Source: an uncultured Chloroflexia bacterium | GTDB lineage: Bacteria; Chloroflexota; Limnocylindria; Limnocylindrales; CSP1-4 | NCBI GenBank assembly: GCA_963746845.1 | Contig: CAVVCZ010000006.1 | Location: 1-64,000, forward strand | Direction of reading: 5' to 3' | DNA length: 64,000 nt | Part shown: one piece after another, positions 21,858 to 34,323 of the stretch | How positions within the stretch are numbered: position 1 is the stretch's first letter | How the letters are laid out: every line of letters starts with the position of its first letter | Translations under genes and position numbers: made by a program | Notes under the pieces: generated by a model | What the model was told of the DNA's origin: nothing | Databases searched by the model: none | The model's input: the letters and a program-made list of their open reading frames with translations, nothing else

Positions 21858-22680
21858 TTATCCAACCGCCTTCTTTAACCACTCCGTCACGATCTTCGAA
21901 ACTTTATCCTCCGCGCCGACGTAAAAGTGGTCGCAGTTGGGGATGATCGCGACTTCGCACAAGCCCGGGCAATTTGCCGCGAACTCTTCAGCGGGGTAGT
22001 TTTCTTTCGGCTCTTGGTCACCGCGGATGAAGAGCACCGGACAGGTGATCTTCTTGGCGTTCTCTAGCAGGTCGGGGGCGTTGGTCAGGCGGTCGAGGAA
22101 GGTGCGCGCGGAGATCACCCACCACCAGGCGGGGATGAGCATGAGCTCTCTGGGTTTGCCTGCGGCGATCAAGTGCCTCGGCTTCCTTTTTTTGCTTTTC
22201 GACATCGCCGGCGAGGGAATAATTGCGCGCGGCGCGCTGGTGCACCATGCGGTTGCCGCCGGTGTGGGCGGACAATAAAATTAACGCCTTGGTTTCCGGA
22301 TGATGCGCGACATGTTCGGCGGCGAGGACACCGCCGTTGCTGTGGCCGATGACGATCGGATTGGCGAATCCTTTGTCGGCCAAATATTTCGCTACCAGCG
22401 CGTTGTCTTCGACGCCTTCGGCGACGGTTTGGTAGGCGCCGCCGACGCATTCGCGGCTGTCAAAGGTACTGACCGAGTCGTGACCGCGGCGGTTAAACGC
22501 CAAGTACTCGTAACCCAATCCTGTGATGTGCGGCGCCAGGAAGCGCGCGGCGCAGACGTAAAAATTCATCTGGTTGCCGTGGCAATACATCGCCGCGCCT
22601 TTGCTCGGCCCGTCAGGGGTATAATAGGCGCCGTCGAGCGGGTGCGTTGGGGTTTCGATTCTGATAAGTTCGGTGCGCAT
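21858..22680 (-). CDS. alpha/beta hydrolase (frameshift at poly-A ~22185)
   Basis: NRRGHD, GHSNGG, CDHFY. Confidence 0.85.
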
Positions 22681-22775
22681 TGAGTGCTCCTGTGGTTTTG
22701 AGATTGCCAGGTTAGCGTCAAAGCTCGGACAATTTCAAAGCCTCACGGCGATTAACTTGGAAATAAGGACTTGCC

Positions 22776-23906
22776 ATGGCTGAAAAAAAACCCGCCCCGT
22801 TTCGCGCCGATCATGTCGGCAGTTTGCTCCGTCCCGCCGACCTGTTGCAGGCTCGGGAGCGACGGGAACGCAACCAGATTACCGATGCCGAACTGCGCGC
22901 AGTCGAGGATCGCTGCATTCGCGATGTTGTGAAGATGCAGGAAGATCTTGGCCTGCAGGCGGTCACCGATGGTGAGTACCGGCGCAAGCTATGGAACGTC
23001 GACTTCGTCAAAAAATTTGCCGGTGTGGTGGTCAAAGAAGGGCTCGCCGAGGATGCAGACAAATCGTTTCAAGGCGGCGATGCTAACTTGCAGCGCTCGC
23101 CGACCCGCTTTGAAGTCACGGGCAAATTGAGCCGCGTGCGCGAGCATGAGGTCGAGAATTTCAAATTTACTCAGTCCGCAACTAAGGTCGTTGCAAAGTT
23201 GTCGATTCCATCGCCTTCGGTGCTGCATTTCCGCGGTGGCCGCGGCGCCGTGAGCGCCGCGGCATATCCTGAGATGGGAGATTTTTTCACCGACCTGGCG
23301 CGGGTTTATCGCGAAGAGATTCAAGCGCTGGCGGCGGCCGGCTGCACCTATTTGCAGATCGACGATACCAACCTGGCTTATCTCTGCGATCCCAAGATGC
23401 GCGAAGGCGCCAAAAAAATTGGCGAAGACCCCGACCGCTTGCCTTCGCTCTACGCCAACCTGATCAACGAGTGCATCAAAGACCGGCCTGCCAACATGGT
23501 GGTGTGCACCCACCTGTGCCGCGGCAACTTCGCCAGCGCGTGGGTGGCCGAAGGCGGCTACGATCCGGTGGCGGAAGTCTTATTCAACGAGTTGAAGGTC
23601 GACGGCTACTTCCTCGAATTCGACTCGCCGCGGGCCGGAAACTTCGCGCCGCTACGCTACCTGCCCAAAGGCAAGCGTATCATGCTCGGCTTGGTCACGA
23701 CCAAGAGCGGCGTGCTGGAAAACCCCGACGACCTCAAACGGCGCATCGACGAGGCCGCTAAACTCGTTCCCCTCGACCAGCTCGGCATCAGCCCGCAGTG
23801 CGGCTTCTCCAGCACGGTGCTGGGCAACAAGCTGACGGTGCAAGATCAGATCGCCAAGTTGAGGCTCATCGTTCAGGTCGCAACTGACGTTTGGGGCGCG
23901 GTTTAG
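22776..23906 (+). CDS. cobalamin-independent methionine synthase C-terminal-domain family protein (MetE-like)
   Basis: RADHVGSLLRP, TDGEYRR, HLCRGN, SPQCGF. Confidence 0.9.
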   Translation: MAEKKPAPFRADHVGSLLRPADLLQARERRERNQITDAELRAVEDRCIRDVVKMQEDLGLQAVTDGEYRRKLWNVDFVKKFAGVVVKEGLAEDADKSFQGGDANLQRSPTRFEVTGKLSRVREHEVENFKFTQSATKVVAKLSIPSPSVLHFRGGRGAVSAAAYPEMGDFFTDLARVYREEIQALAAAGCTYLQIDDTNLAYLCDPKMREGAKKIGEDPDRLPSLYANLINECIKDRPANMVVCTHLCRGNFASAWVAEGGYDPVAEVLFNELKVDGYFLEFDSPRAGNFAPLRYLPKGKRIMLGLVTTKSGVLENPDDLKRRIDEAAKLVPLDQLGISPQCGFSSTVLGNKLTVQDQIAKLRLIVQVATDVWGAV

Positions 23907-24018
23907 GGGCATGAGCTGTGGCGAAGTTCGTTCAACGTTCAAGGGCCAACGTCGGGAAACCGGACTTGCGCTTCAATAGCGACGCCCCGGAAACGGCTTC
24001 TTGCCAACATTGTCGATC

Positions 24019-25087
24019 ATGAAATTTCGCGGTGAATTTGCTTTAAAGTTTGCCCTGCAAAGCGCCAGCCAGCACAGGTTGCCTGATCTGGTTCGGCTGG
24101 CGCAGCGAGCGCATGGCGAAGGGTTTAAGCAGGTTTGGGTTAACGATAATCTAGGCCAACGCAATGTCTTGGTTGTGCTGACCGCCATTGCGGCGCGGGT
24201 GCCGATCAAATTAGGCACGTCGATTCTCGTGCCTTATTTTCGCAATCCTGTCGATGTCGCCGGCAGCCTGGCAGCGCTGTCGGAATTGACCGATGGGCGC
24301 GAACTGAGTGTGGGCATCGCCCGCGGCGAGGCGGCGATCGCCGGCCGGCAGATCGCCATGCTCAAGCCGCTGGCGATGGTGCGCGAGACGACGTTAACGC
24401 TCAGGGCTTTGCTGGGCGGCGAAACAGTCTCCTTTCGCGACTTCCCGGTATGCGCCGCCTACCACCATATTCATCAGGAACAAGAGTTTCGTTTGGCGTT
24501 TGCGCCGGCAGCGCCGATTCGCTTTTACTGCGGCGGCAACGCTCCCAAGATACTCAAGATTGCCGGTGAGATCATGGATGGGGCGCTGATCGGCGACCAT
24601 TACATTCCTTTGGTTCGCAGCGGCCGGCTCGATCACTTGTTGACGCTTCAGCGCAGTGCGGCCGCCGAGCACCAGCCCGGCAAGAATATGTTTGACATTT
24701 GCGAGCTCGACATCGCGATCGCTCGGGATCGTACCCGCGCGATAGAATTCGCCAAACCTTTTGTTGCCAATATTCTGCTCGGGTCTCGAAGGCGCGGGAT
24801 ACTCGGATGACGAGATGCGCGTCTTGGGAGTGGAGCCGAAGCTTGTCAGTTCGTTGAAACAAGCGCGCGCCGCCGGCGCGACGGTTCAAGCGGTCGCGGC
24901 GCTCATTCCCGATCAAGCGGTGCAGCGTTGCTATGTGGCGGGCGGTCCGGAGGAGTGCCGCGACCAATTGGCGCCGTTGCTCGCTGAGGCAGAGCGATTG
25001 AAGTTTGGCCAGGTCGCGTTTGCCAAACTGGGCCCTGACTGGAATGAAGCGATGCCATTGCTGCGGCGGCAACTGGATCATCTCTAA
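24019..25087 (+). CDS. LLM-class (luciferase-like, Mer-type) flavin/F420 oxidoreductase (frameshift ~24780)
   Basis: GFKQVWVND, IKLGTSILVPYFRNP, LSELTDGR, GGPEEC. Confidence 0.85.
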
Positions 25088-25092
25088 CCGGC

Positions 25093-28000
25093 ATGAGCGA
25101 TTTTACAGCACGACGCGGTCTGCGCTCGCCGCCAAACCTTTGTCGAGTTTGCCGCTGCCGAACTCGACCAGTCGATTACACCAGCGCTTCGAGCGCCAAG
25201 TTCAGCAATATGGCGATGGCTGTGCGGTGCGCCTGCCATCCGGTGATGTCAGCTATGCGGCATTGAATGCTGCTGCCAATCGCGCCGCACGCCTGCTGCT
25301 CGCGACAGCGAAAAATATTTCCGGCCCAGTAGCCTTGATGATGGATCAGGGCTACCAGGCCATTGTCTGGACGCTGGCGATTCTCAAAGCGGGCCTTTGC
25401 TACGCGCCGTTGGACCAGCGTCTGCCCGACGCGGTGCTGAACGGCATAATCAAAGACTTGGCCCCAGGACTGTTAGTTGCCGATGGTAAGTACCTCGACC
25501 TAGCTCGAGGCCTGGCTGGAAGTGATTTCCCTGTCATCCAAGACGAATGCGGCTCGTGATGGCTTCTCTGGCGAACAATGTCGATCGACTGATTTCTCCC
25601 GATACTCTCGCCTATGTTTTTTATACGTCAGGCTCCACCGGCACGCCCAAGGGGCGTCGCGGATTGTCATCGTAACGTCCTGCATAATGTTTTGCGTTAT
25701 ACCAATAGCCTTAAGTTCGCGCCTGGCGACATCTTGAGTCTGGTGCAGAACCCGAGCTTCAGCGGCACGGTTTCCAGTCTGTTTGGCGCGCTGCTCAATG
25801 GCGCCGCGGTTGCGCCATTCGATCTGCACGGCGAGGGTTTGCCGGCAATCTCGCAATGGCTGCAGCGAGCACGGGTCACCGTGTTTCATGCCGTGCCATC
25901 GATCTTTCGCCAACTGTCGGATCCGCTAAACCGGTTTCCCGCTGTGCGGCTGATTCGACTCGAGGGTGATCGCGCGGCACCGCTGGATATCGAACATTTT
26001 CAGGCGAACTTCCAAGATAGTTGCACGTTGGTCAACGGTCTCGGCGCCACCGAGTGTGGCCTGGTGCGCCAGTTCTTCGTCGATAAAAAGACCACTCTCG
26101 GCGAAAACGAATCGGTGCCTGTCGGTTACCCGGTTACGGATATGACGGTGCGGGTGGTCGATGATCGGGGACATGAGCTGCCGCTCGGTGCCGCCGGTGA
26201 GATTGTCGTCGAGAGCCGCTTTTTGGCGAATGGTTACTGGCGCAACGGCGCTTTGACTGCGCAACGCTTCATTGAATTAGATAATGGCTTGCGCCGCTAT
26301 CGCACCGGCGATCTCGGCCGCATGAGCGAAGGGGGTTGTCTATTTCATTTGGGACGGGTGGATCAGCGTCTCCGCATCGGCGGCGAGTTCGTTGCTCCGG
26401 CAGATGTTGAAAGAATCTTGCTCAGCGTTGCGGGAGTGCAGCAGGCCGCTGTCCGTGATTTCTCGGATCAGCTTGGCGAGCGCAGGCTGTGCGCTTACCT
26501 CGTGGCTGACCCGGCCGTGAGCGCCGGGGCGGTTCGCGCAGAGTTGTCAGACCGCATCGCTATCTCACATTTGCCCAGCGCCTTTGTCTTTCTCGATGCG
26601 CTGCCGGTCACCAAGGATCTCAAGGTCGATTACTCGAGCTTACCGCCGCCGGGACGAAACCGTCCTCGGCTCGCCAACGGCTACGTTGCGCCGGGCAATG
26701 AGACCGAGCAACAGATGGCGCGTGTCTGGTCGGTGGTCTTGGAGCTCGATGAGGTGGGCGTGACCGATTCCTTCTTCGATTTAGGCGGCGATTCCATCCG
26801 TGCCGCGCGCTTCGTGACCCTGTTCAAGGAGCAGCAAGGCTTAGCGATACCGGTGACGAGCGTTTACGAGCATCTGACGATCCGCGCGCTGGTGCACGGG
26901 TTAGACGACGATCGGCCCGTTGCGCCGGAAACCGTTGCCGGTGCAAACCAAGAGAATCATGCGCCTCCCGCGCATTGCATCGCAATTATTGGCATGGCCG
27001 GGCGATTTCCCGGAGCCGATTCAATTGAACAGTTTTGGCATAATCTGCGCGCGGGAGTCGAGAGCCTGACAGTGTTGCCCCGCGAGTCTTCTGAACCAAG
27101 CCCTGCAGCTGTTCCAGACGCGGTGGCCGCGCGTGGATTGCTTGCCAATGTCGATCAGTTCGATGCCGCGCTTTTTCGCCTGACGCCGCGCCAAGCGCAG
27201 ATGCTCGATCCGCAGCAACGTTTGTGGCTGGAGTGCGTTCATCGTGCGCTCGAAGACGCTGGACTGCCGGTCAGCGAGGCCGGATACGCCGGCGCTAACG
27301 CCAACATCGGTGTGTTTGCCGGTGGCAATGCAAGCACTTATCTTTGGCATTTGCTCGGCGGCAGCCGTGATGCCGTCGATGCGCTGCTGCAGCGAACCGG
27401 CGATGAAGCCCATCAGTTGGCGATCAGCAACGATAGCGATTCGCTGGCGACGCGCACCTCCTTCGTCATGGGTTTCACCGGGCCGAGTATCAACGTTCAG
27501 ACTGCCTGTTCGACATCGTTAGTCGCAGTCGCCCAGGCCTGCCAGGCACTGAGCAGCAGACAGTGCGATATTGCCATCGCCGGCGGTGTTGCCGTGAGGT
27601 TTCCGCAAACGGACAACGCTTCGCGCCAAGTGGGCGGGATCTATTCCCAAGACGGCCATTGCCGCGCCTTCGATGCCAGAGCGACGGGAACCGTATTCAG
27701 CGATGGTGTCGGCGTCGTCGTGTTGAAAAGGCTGGGCGATGCGGAGCGCGATGGCGACCGCATCGATGCGCTGATTCGCGGCTGGGCGGTGAACAACGAC
27801 GGTTCGAACAAAGCCAGCTTTGCCGCGCCCAGTGTCAACGGCCAGGCGGCGGTTATCGCGCGCGCCCAAGCTCACGCCAACGTGCGGCCGCGCGATGTTA
27901 GCTACGTCGAAGCGCACGGTACCGGCACTCCGGTGGGCGACCCGATTGAATTTGCCGCGCTCGCTCGCGCGTTTCGGCGCGGCGCCGGCGAGCGGTGGGT

Positions 28001-30920
28001 TTGCGCCATGGGTTCGGTGAAAACCAATATCGGCCACCTCGATGCCGCGGCGGGCATTGCCGGATTGATCAAAACTGTACTGGCGCTAAAGCACCGTGAG
28101 ATTCCCGCGACGTTGCACTTCGAAAAAGCCAATCCGGAAATCGATCTGGATACAAGTCCATTCTATATCGTTGACCGGTTGATACCTTGGCCAACGGATG
28201 GGGACCGTCGGATCGCGGGCGTTTCTTCGTTCGGTATTGGCGGCACCAACTGTCACATGGTTTTGCAAGACGCGGCGCTCGCCGCACCGCTTGCCGGTAC
28301 AGACCGCGCTGCCTGCTCATCTGCTGACTTTCTCCGCTGCGTCCGCGGCCGCGTTGGACGAATTGGCCGGCAGTTACCGCCAATTTCTTGCGCGAGAACC
28401 CCATGGCGGATCTGGCCGGTATCGCCGCGGCAAGTCAGAAAAGCCGATCCCATTATTCCCATCGCGCGGCAATTGTCGGTACGTCGGTGCAGCAGTTGCG
28501 CGCGAGTTTATCGCAGGACCGAGGAGCGGGCGAAGTTGACAGGCGTTGGCGCGGCAAAGCCGTGACTTCCGCCAACCCCGAGATCGGCTTTCTATTTGCC
28601 GGGCAGGGCACGCAATACGTCAATATGGGCCGAGAGATTTATCAGGCGAGCGGCGATTTTCGCAGGGTGCTCGAGCGCTGCGATAAAATTTTGCGCGATC
28701 ATCTGGAGCGGCCGCTGCTCGACGTCATGTTCGGTGCTTCCGGCGAACTGATTCACCGCACCGACTATGCCCAGCCGGCTCTCTTTGCGCTTGAATTCGC
28801 TTTGGCCGAACTGCTGCAATCGTGGGGCATCAAACCAAAGTTCGTCATGGGCCATAGCCTCGGCGAGTATGTCGCCGCCTGTGTCGCGGGAGTGTTCACG
28901 CTTGAGGACGGGCTGCGGTTGGCCGCCGCGCGGGGCCGGTTGATGCAGCAGCTGCCAGATGCCGGCAAGATGCTTGCGGTCACCGCCGAGCAAACCACTC
29001 TCGATGCGCTGTTGCGCAGGTTCCCGGCAGTAGCGATCGCGGCGATCAACTCGCCCAGTCAAACGGTGCTTTCCGGCGCGGCTGAGGACATCGACCGGTT
29101 GCACGCAATGCTGCAAGCGCAAGGAACCTATTGCCGTGAACTGACGGTGTCCCATGGGTTTCATTCCGCGCAGATGGAGCCGGTTTTGGCGCCGCTGCGG
29201 CAGTTAATCAGCAAGACCGAGTTGCAGGCGCCGAGACTGTGTCTGATCGGCAACTTGCATGGCCGCGCGGTCACAACCGAAGTCACCGATCCGGAATATT
29301 GGTGTCAACAGGCGCGCCAACCGGTGCAATTTGCCGCGGGATTTCGCACCATGGTGCAAGCAGGCTGCGATCTGTTTGTGGAAATTGGCCCCGATGCGAT
29401 CTTCTCCGCGCTGACCCAGGAATCCTCTGCGCAGCAAAAGCTGGATGTCGTGCCAACCCTGCGCCGGGGTGATAACGATTGGGCGGCGTTGTTGGCAACC
29501 ATAGGGCGCTTATATGTCCGCGGCGTGCAGGTGGATTGGCCGGCGTTGCAAAAGGGACAAAGCTTTCGCTCGGTATCCTTGCCGAGCTATCCGTATCAGC
29601 GTTCGCGCTATTGGTATGACGGTCCGTTGCTCAATGCCCAACATCGTGTCGCGACCGCGCCGAATCACTCGGCCGGCCATCCTCTGCTCGGCCGGCGTTT
29701 ACGCTTGCCCGGCGCGACTGAGATCCGTTTCGAATCTCGCTTCAGCCAGAGCGCGCCGCAGTTCCTTAACGATCACCGCCTTTTCGGCGTCTCTTTGCCT
29801 CCGGCTGCATGCCATTTTGCCATGCTGGCCCAGGCGGCGGAATTTCTCGGCGGCACGCAAGGCGATCGCTATCGCTTTGAGGATCTTTATCTGTTGCGTC
29901 CGTTGTTATTGCCGGACGGATGCGAGCGCGATGTCCAGTTGATTTTCAAGCCGGACGCGCAGGGCTGGAGTCTGGAGCTGATGAGCGCCGAGGTTAACGA
30001 AGCGGCAATGGGCAGTGAATCCTGGACAGCGCACATGATTGGCTTGGGCCGGGCGCATGTGCCGGAGAAGACGACTCCTGCGCTGCCGACAATAGATTTG
30101 AGCGCCATCAAAGCGCGCTGCGCGGAGCATGCTTTCGCGCAGCGAGTTCTATTCAAGAATCTGGGCCAATCAGGGCGGAACCGGGTCGGCGTTTCGCTGG
30201 ATCGAAACGATCTGGCAGGGCGATCAGGAAGCGCTATGCCGAGCGGTCTGTCCCGCCACGATCCTTGACGCCGCGAGTTATCGATTGCACCCAGGTCTGA
30301 TCGAAGCCGCTTGCCAGGTGCTGCACTGTTGCGCCACCATCGAGACCGAGGAGCAGCTGCGACAAAACTCGACAACCTTTGTGCCGTTTTCCCTGGATGC
30401 GCTGTCGCTGTACGACGTCAAAGCGACCTACGAGCAGGCGTGGTGCCACGCGCAACTTCGCGAGCATAGCGAAAACAATGTGCTTGCCGATTTGTCGATT
30501 ATGAATAATTCCGGAGAACTGGTCGCCCAATTGGAGGGTTTTCGTCTGCGGCCGATCACCCAGCAGGGATTGGCATCTTCGCGGCAACGAGTCACCACCC
30601 ATGCCGATGGCAAATTGATATCCGGTTCGCTTCCCGGACCCATGGATGGCATCGACAAAGCGGCGCTGACCCTGCAACAAGTTGTGCGCTATCTGCAAGC
30701 GCAGTGTGCGGAACTCTCAGGCTACCCCGAATCGGCGATTTTCAGTGATCGAGGTTTCATGGCGATGGGGCTGGACTCCCTGGTTGCGATGATTCTATCC
30801 AACCGTATCCGTCAAGACTTCGGCTGCGCGGTTTCCGCCACGCAGATATTGCTGTGCGTGAGTATCGAAGCACTCGCTCAAGTCATCTGTGAAAGTATCT
30901 CTGACACGGGTTTCTTATAG
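25093..30920 (+). CDS. hybrid NRPS/type I PKS, A-T-KS-AT-DH-ACP (several frameshifts)
   Basis: A: YTSGSTG-like, GATECG, YRTGD; T: LGGDSI; KS: TACSTS, HGTGT, KTNIGHL; AT: GQGTQ, GHSLG, HGFHS; DH: HPLLG, DHRLFGVSLPP; ACP: MGLDSL. Confidence 0.9.
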
Positions 30921-31183
30921 TTCAAATGCCCCACTGATGCTCTCTGCTGAGCGGTCGCAACCAACGCGCAAGGACATGGGACTGCAGCGCGCGGGAATGA
31001 AAGCAGGCGAAGCCGATGTCGAGGCGCTTTGTCACAGCGATATATTTTTGCTTCAAGTCAGCCGGCGCTGTCGATCGGTTACGGCGGCTGAGGTTCGAGT
31101 CATTAGGCGCGGACGAGTTGGCGTCGGCCAGTCTGAGCGACGGGACGTACACGGTGACATATTCAGGTGAAGCGCTGAAGCTG

Positions 31184-32191
31184 CTAAAAGTTACAGCGTC
31201 CGTCTTTTTCCACTTCCGGAACTAAAGCGGCATCGACGAGATCTTGCGGTTTCATGGTTGCCGCCGAGGGGATCAACGCTGCGGTCATTTGAATGGCGAG
31301 ATCGACGCCTTCGGGTTTCAGATAGGGCTTCGCCGGAATCACGTCCGTGATGTAAAGCTGGTAAAGATACTCGATCCCCGCCGCGTCCATGTTCCTGCCG
31401 GTCTTGGCGACGAATTCCTTGGCTTTGACCTGATCTTTTCGCGCCAGGGCGATGCCTTCGCAAATTCCGCTCATAAATTTCTTCGCGTCTTCCCGGCGAT
31501 TTTTTAATAGCGCTGCCGAAATCGCATAGTCGGCGCCGCCACCGGCGTAAATCTTTAGCTGGCGATGATCGGTGAGCCGATTAAGTTTTTTGATTTGTCC
31601 GGTCTTTTCCAGGTCATACATGGTTTCCGCGGTGATCATCATCGCGGCGACCGCTCCGGTGAGTAGGCTTTTCACCCGGTCCGTGTTCCTGCCTTCGTCG
31701 AACGGAATTAACGTCACATCTTTGTCCGGATCGATGCCGAGCTTGCGCAGCGCTAGGCGCGTGAGCTGATCCGGCGTGCTGCCGGGCTCGCCGGTGCCGA
31801 TTTTTTTGCCTTTGAGATCGGCGGCACTCTTGATCGCCGCCTCGGCGAAAAATGCTGAATAGTTGAAGCCGGTGTTGCCTACCAGCCGCATCGCTGGGCC
31901 GCCGGAGGCGTTGTTGTGCCCGATGTGGTTGGCGCTGGCGACGGCGATGTCGGCCTCGCCGTTTTTCATGGCGGCGAGCAGCTTGTCGTTGGAACCGGGA
32001 TTGGTCCAGGTGATTTTCAAACCGTTGCGCTCGAAGATGCCGGCGTCGCGGGCCATGTACATCGGCAGTTTGCTGATGTTCCAGGGTGGGTAAAACAACA
32101 CGCGGAGGGTGTCGGATTGGGCGGCGGCGTGGGAGCAGAATGAGAGTAGGTAGAGAATTGCAACTAGTCTGGCCAGCGTGCGCGTACCCAC
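31184..32191 (-). CDS. ABC substrate-binding protein, NMT1/SsuA-like
   Basis: Signal peptide, GIFERNGL, DLKGKKIG, LGIDPDKDVTLI; GTG start inferred. Confidence 0.85.
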   Translation of the reverse strand: MGTRTLARLVAILYLLSFCSHAAAQSDTLRVLFYPPWNISKLPMYMARDAGIFERNGLKITWTNPGSNDKLLAAMKNGEADIAVASANHIGHNNASGGPAMRLVGNTGFNYSAFFAEAAIKSAADLKGKKIGTGEPGSTPDQLTRLALRKLGIDPDKDVTLIPFDEGRNTDRVKSLLTGAVAAMMITAETMYDLEKTGQIKKLNRLTDHRQLKIYAGGGADYAISAALLKNRREDAKKFMSGICEGIALARKDQVKAKEFVAKTGRNMDAAGIEYLYQLYITDVIPAKPYLKPEGVDLAIQMTAALIPSAATMKPQDLVDAALVPEVEKDGRCNF

Positions 32192-32215
32192 CGCCGCCCT
32201 TGTCCTCCCCCATCG

Positions 32216-32350
32216 GGAGCCTGTGTCACAGTTGGCAAAAGTCCTATTGCTGTCATCCTGAGTAGCAGCGAAGGATCTCGTCTTCTCTGCCACTCACGAA
32301 GACGAGATTCCTCGGCTTCGCCTCGAAATGACAATTACGAAACAGCCTCT
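32216..32350. repeat. MITE/REP-like palindromic element
   Basis: Imperfect terminal IRs ggagcctgtgtcacagtt / aattacgaaacagcctct; internal palindrome tgtcatcctgagtagcagcgaaggatctcgtctt...aagacgagattcctcggcttcgcctcgaaatgaca; half copies at ~18025-18052 and ~18199-18228. Confidence 0.7.
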
Positions 32351-32422
32351 GACGGGGAAAGGACGAATTCGGGCCGGTGTCGAATTGCATATCCAAATTC
32401 CGATTTGCCATTGTTGCGAGTC

Positions 32423-34127
32423 CTATTGTTTGAACGACACGATGAAATACGCCGTCGCGGAGCGCGACGCCGAGTCGCCTTGACCGACGACGATGACCGG
32501 ATAGGTGCCGATGTCCTTGGTCATCTGTGCCGGCACGATGGCTTCGAGTTCGCTAGTGCCGATAAATCGGGTTTCCAGCTCCTTGCCGTTCAACATGACC
32601 TTGTGGAATTTGTCGAAGCCGCGCCGGTGTGCTGATTTTCAAGGTTCCGGCTGTCCCCTGTGCCAGCGAGCGCGGCGCGATGTCAATCTCCTGCGGTGTC
32701 GAGCGCCAGGCACGAATCGCTGGAATCGGATTTTTGTAATTGGCGTGGAAGTCGCGGTCGACGACTTTTCCACCCTGCACCACCAGCTTGACGTTTTGCA
32801 CGGCCCAAATGTCTTGCAGCGGATCGCCGTCGATGACGACGATGTCGGCGACTTTGCCGGCCTCGACCGTGCCGTAGTCTTTGTCCTTGCGGAACGCTTT
32901 GGCGACGTTGATCGTGCCGGCCTGGATCGCTTGCATCGGCGTAATGCCCGCTTCGACGAACATGACCAGTTCCTGGTGCAGACCGAGGCCTGGCAGGCCA
33001 TTGTTCGGGTCCGAGCCGGCGCGAAGCAGTCCGCCGGCTTTGACATAGCGGCGCATCAAGTCTTCGAGCTTCTTGTAACCTTCGCGGGCATTGTTGAGCC
33101 GCTCGGGGGCGAATTTCGCGTAGCGTTCGTACTGGCCGAGAGCCTGCTCGCGCAAGACGCGCGGCAGGTAGCCGGCATTTTTCTGATCGAGAATCGACAG
33201 CTCGCGCTCTTTGAATCTTGCCACGCTGGGCGATAGCGGCCGGTACCAGGTGGCGATGGTCGGGCTCCAGGTGATGTTTTTGTCCACCGCCGCTTTGACG
33301 ACCTTGTCGAAGTTCTCCGGTTCATAGAAATAGGCGAGGTCGGCGGTGTTGATCTTGCCGGTCATGCGCCGCTCGTGCACTTCCCAGCGTTTCTTCAAAT
33401 CGCCGATGGTGGTCATGCCCATGCCCCAATGGTGCTCGACGCCGGCAAAATTATTTTCCGCAGCGAGAAAGACATCGAGGCAGTGGCAAGTGATCGGCAG
33501 GCCGAGTTTGTTGGCTTCCTCGGCGCCGGCTTTGATCACTTCCGGCGCGACGTATTCGTTGAATTTAATAATTTCGATGCCGGCGGCTTTTTTCTTGCGC
33601 ACGGCTTCGCGCGCTTCTTCCGGAGTCTTGACCAAATAGCCGCGCTCGCCGCGCAGCGCCCAGGCGGGCGGCGCGCCGACCAACCGGCCGCCGGTGGACC
33701 AGATGCGCGGGCCGCGAATCTTGCCGAGGTTGGTGCCGTGCTTTTGCGCCAGGGTCCAGTCGTCGTCGTTCTGGGTGATGTCGGGGCAAGTGGTGATGCC
33801 GAGATGGAGATAAAGCTCGCCGACGAAGTCGAGCAGGTGGCAGTGGCCGTCGATGAAGCCGGGCAGAATGGTTTTGCCTTTGGCGTCGATGATGTGTGCG
33901 CCGCGCGGGATCGTCACTTCGCCGCGCTTGCCGACCGCTTTGATACGCTCGCCTTCGACGACAATGACCGCGTCTTCGACCGGCGGCCGTCCCGTCGCGT
34001 CGATCAGCGTGCCGCCTTGAATCACCAGCGGCGTGATCTTTTGCGCTGCGCTCGGCGCCGGTGGCAGCGCGAATGCGAATAGCAGCAGCGCGGCGGCGAG
34101 TATGCGGCGGCGTTCAAAAGTTTCCAT
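32423..34127 (-). CDS. secreted amidohydrolase family protein with C-terminal Ig/IPT-like domain (frameshift ~32630)
   Basis: Signal peptide, LPGFIDGHCH, AGSD, GTVEAGKVADIVVIDGDP. Confidence 0.85.
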
Positions 34128-34323
34128 TATGCAGTCTCCTAAGTTGAAATTGTTTTGATCACTACGAAGGACAACGAAGGTTTCGGAAATACATTATTCG
34201 CGAGCTTCATGCGACTTGGATGTCCATTCGTGGTGAAAACTCTTTCCCATTTGGTTGCGGCTATGCCGCCCTCGGCTCTTCGTGGTGAAAGCATCGTCAC
34301 AGCAAACCTGAAATGCGCCGAGC

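Noticed and set aside
12503-30920. One large biosynthetic supercluster (carboxylase + fab + PKS)
   Set aside because: Interrupted by tat, pdaD, hydrolase and MetE-like genes with separate promoters and a terminator; the carboxylase and fab genes look like housekeeping genes
30922-31225. Short ORFs after the PKS as a thioesterase or tailoring gene
   Set aside because: No GxSxG or other recognisable motif in any frame; at most an unidentifiable remnant
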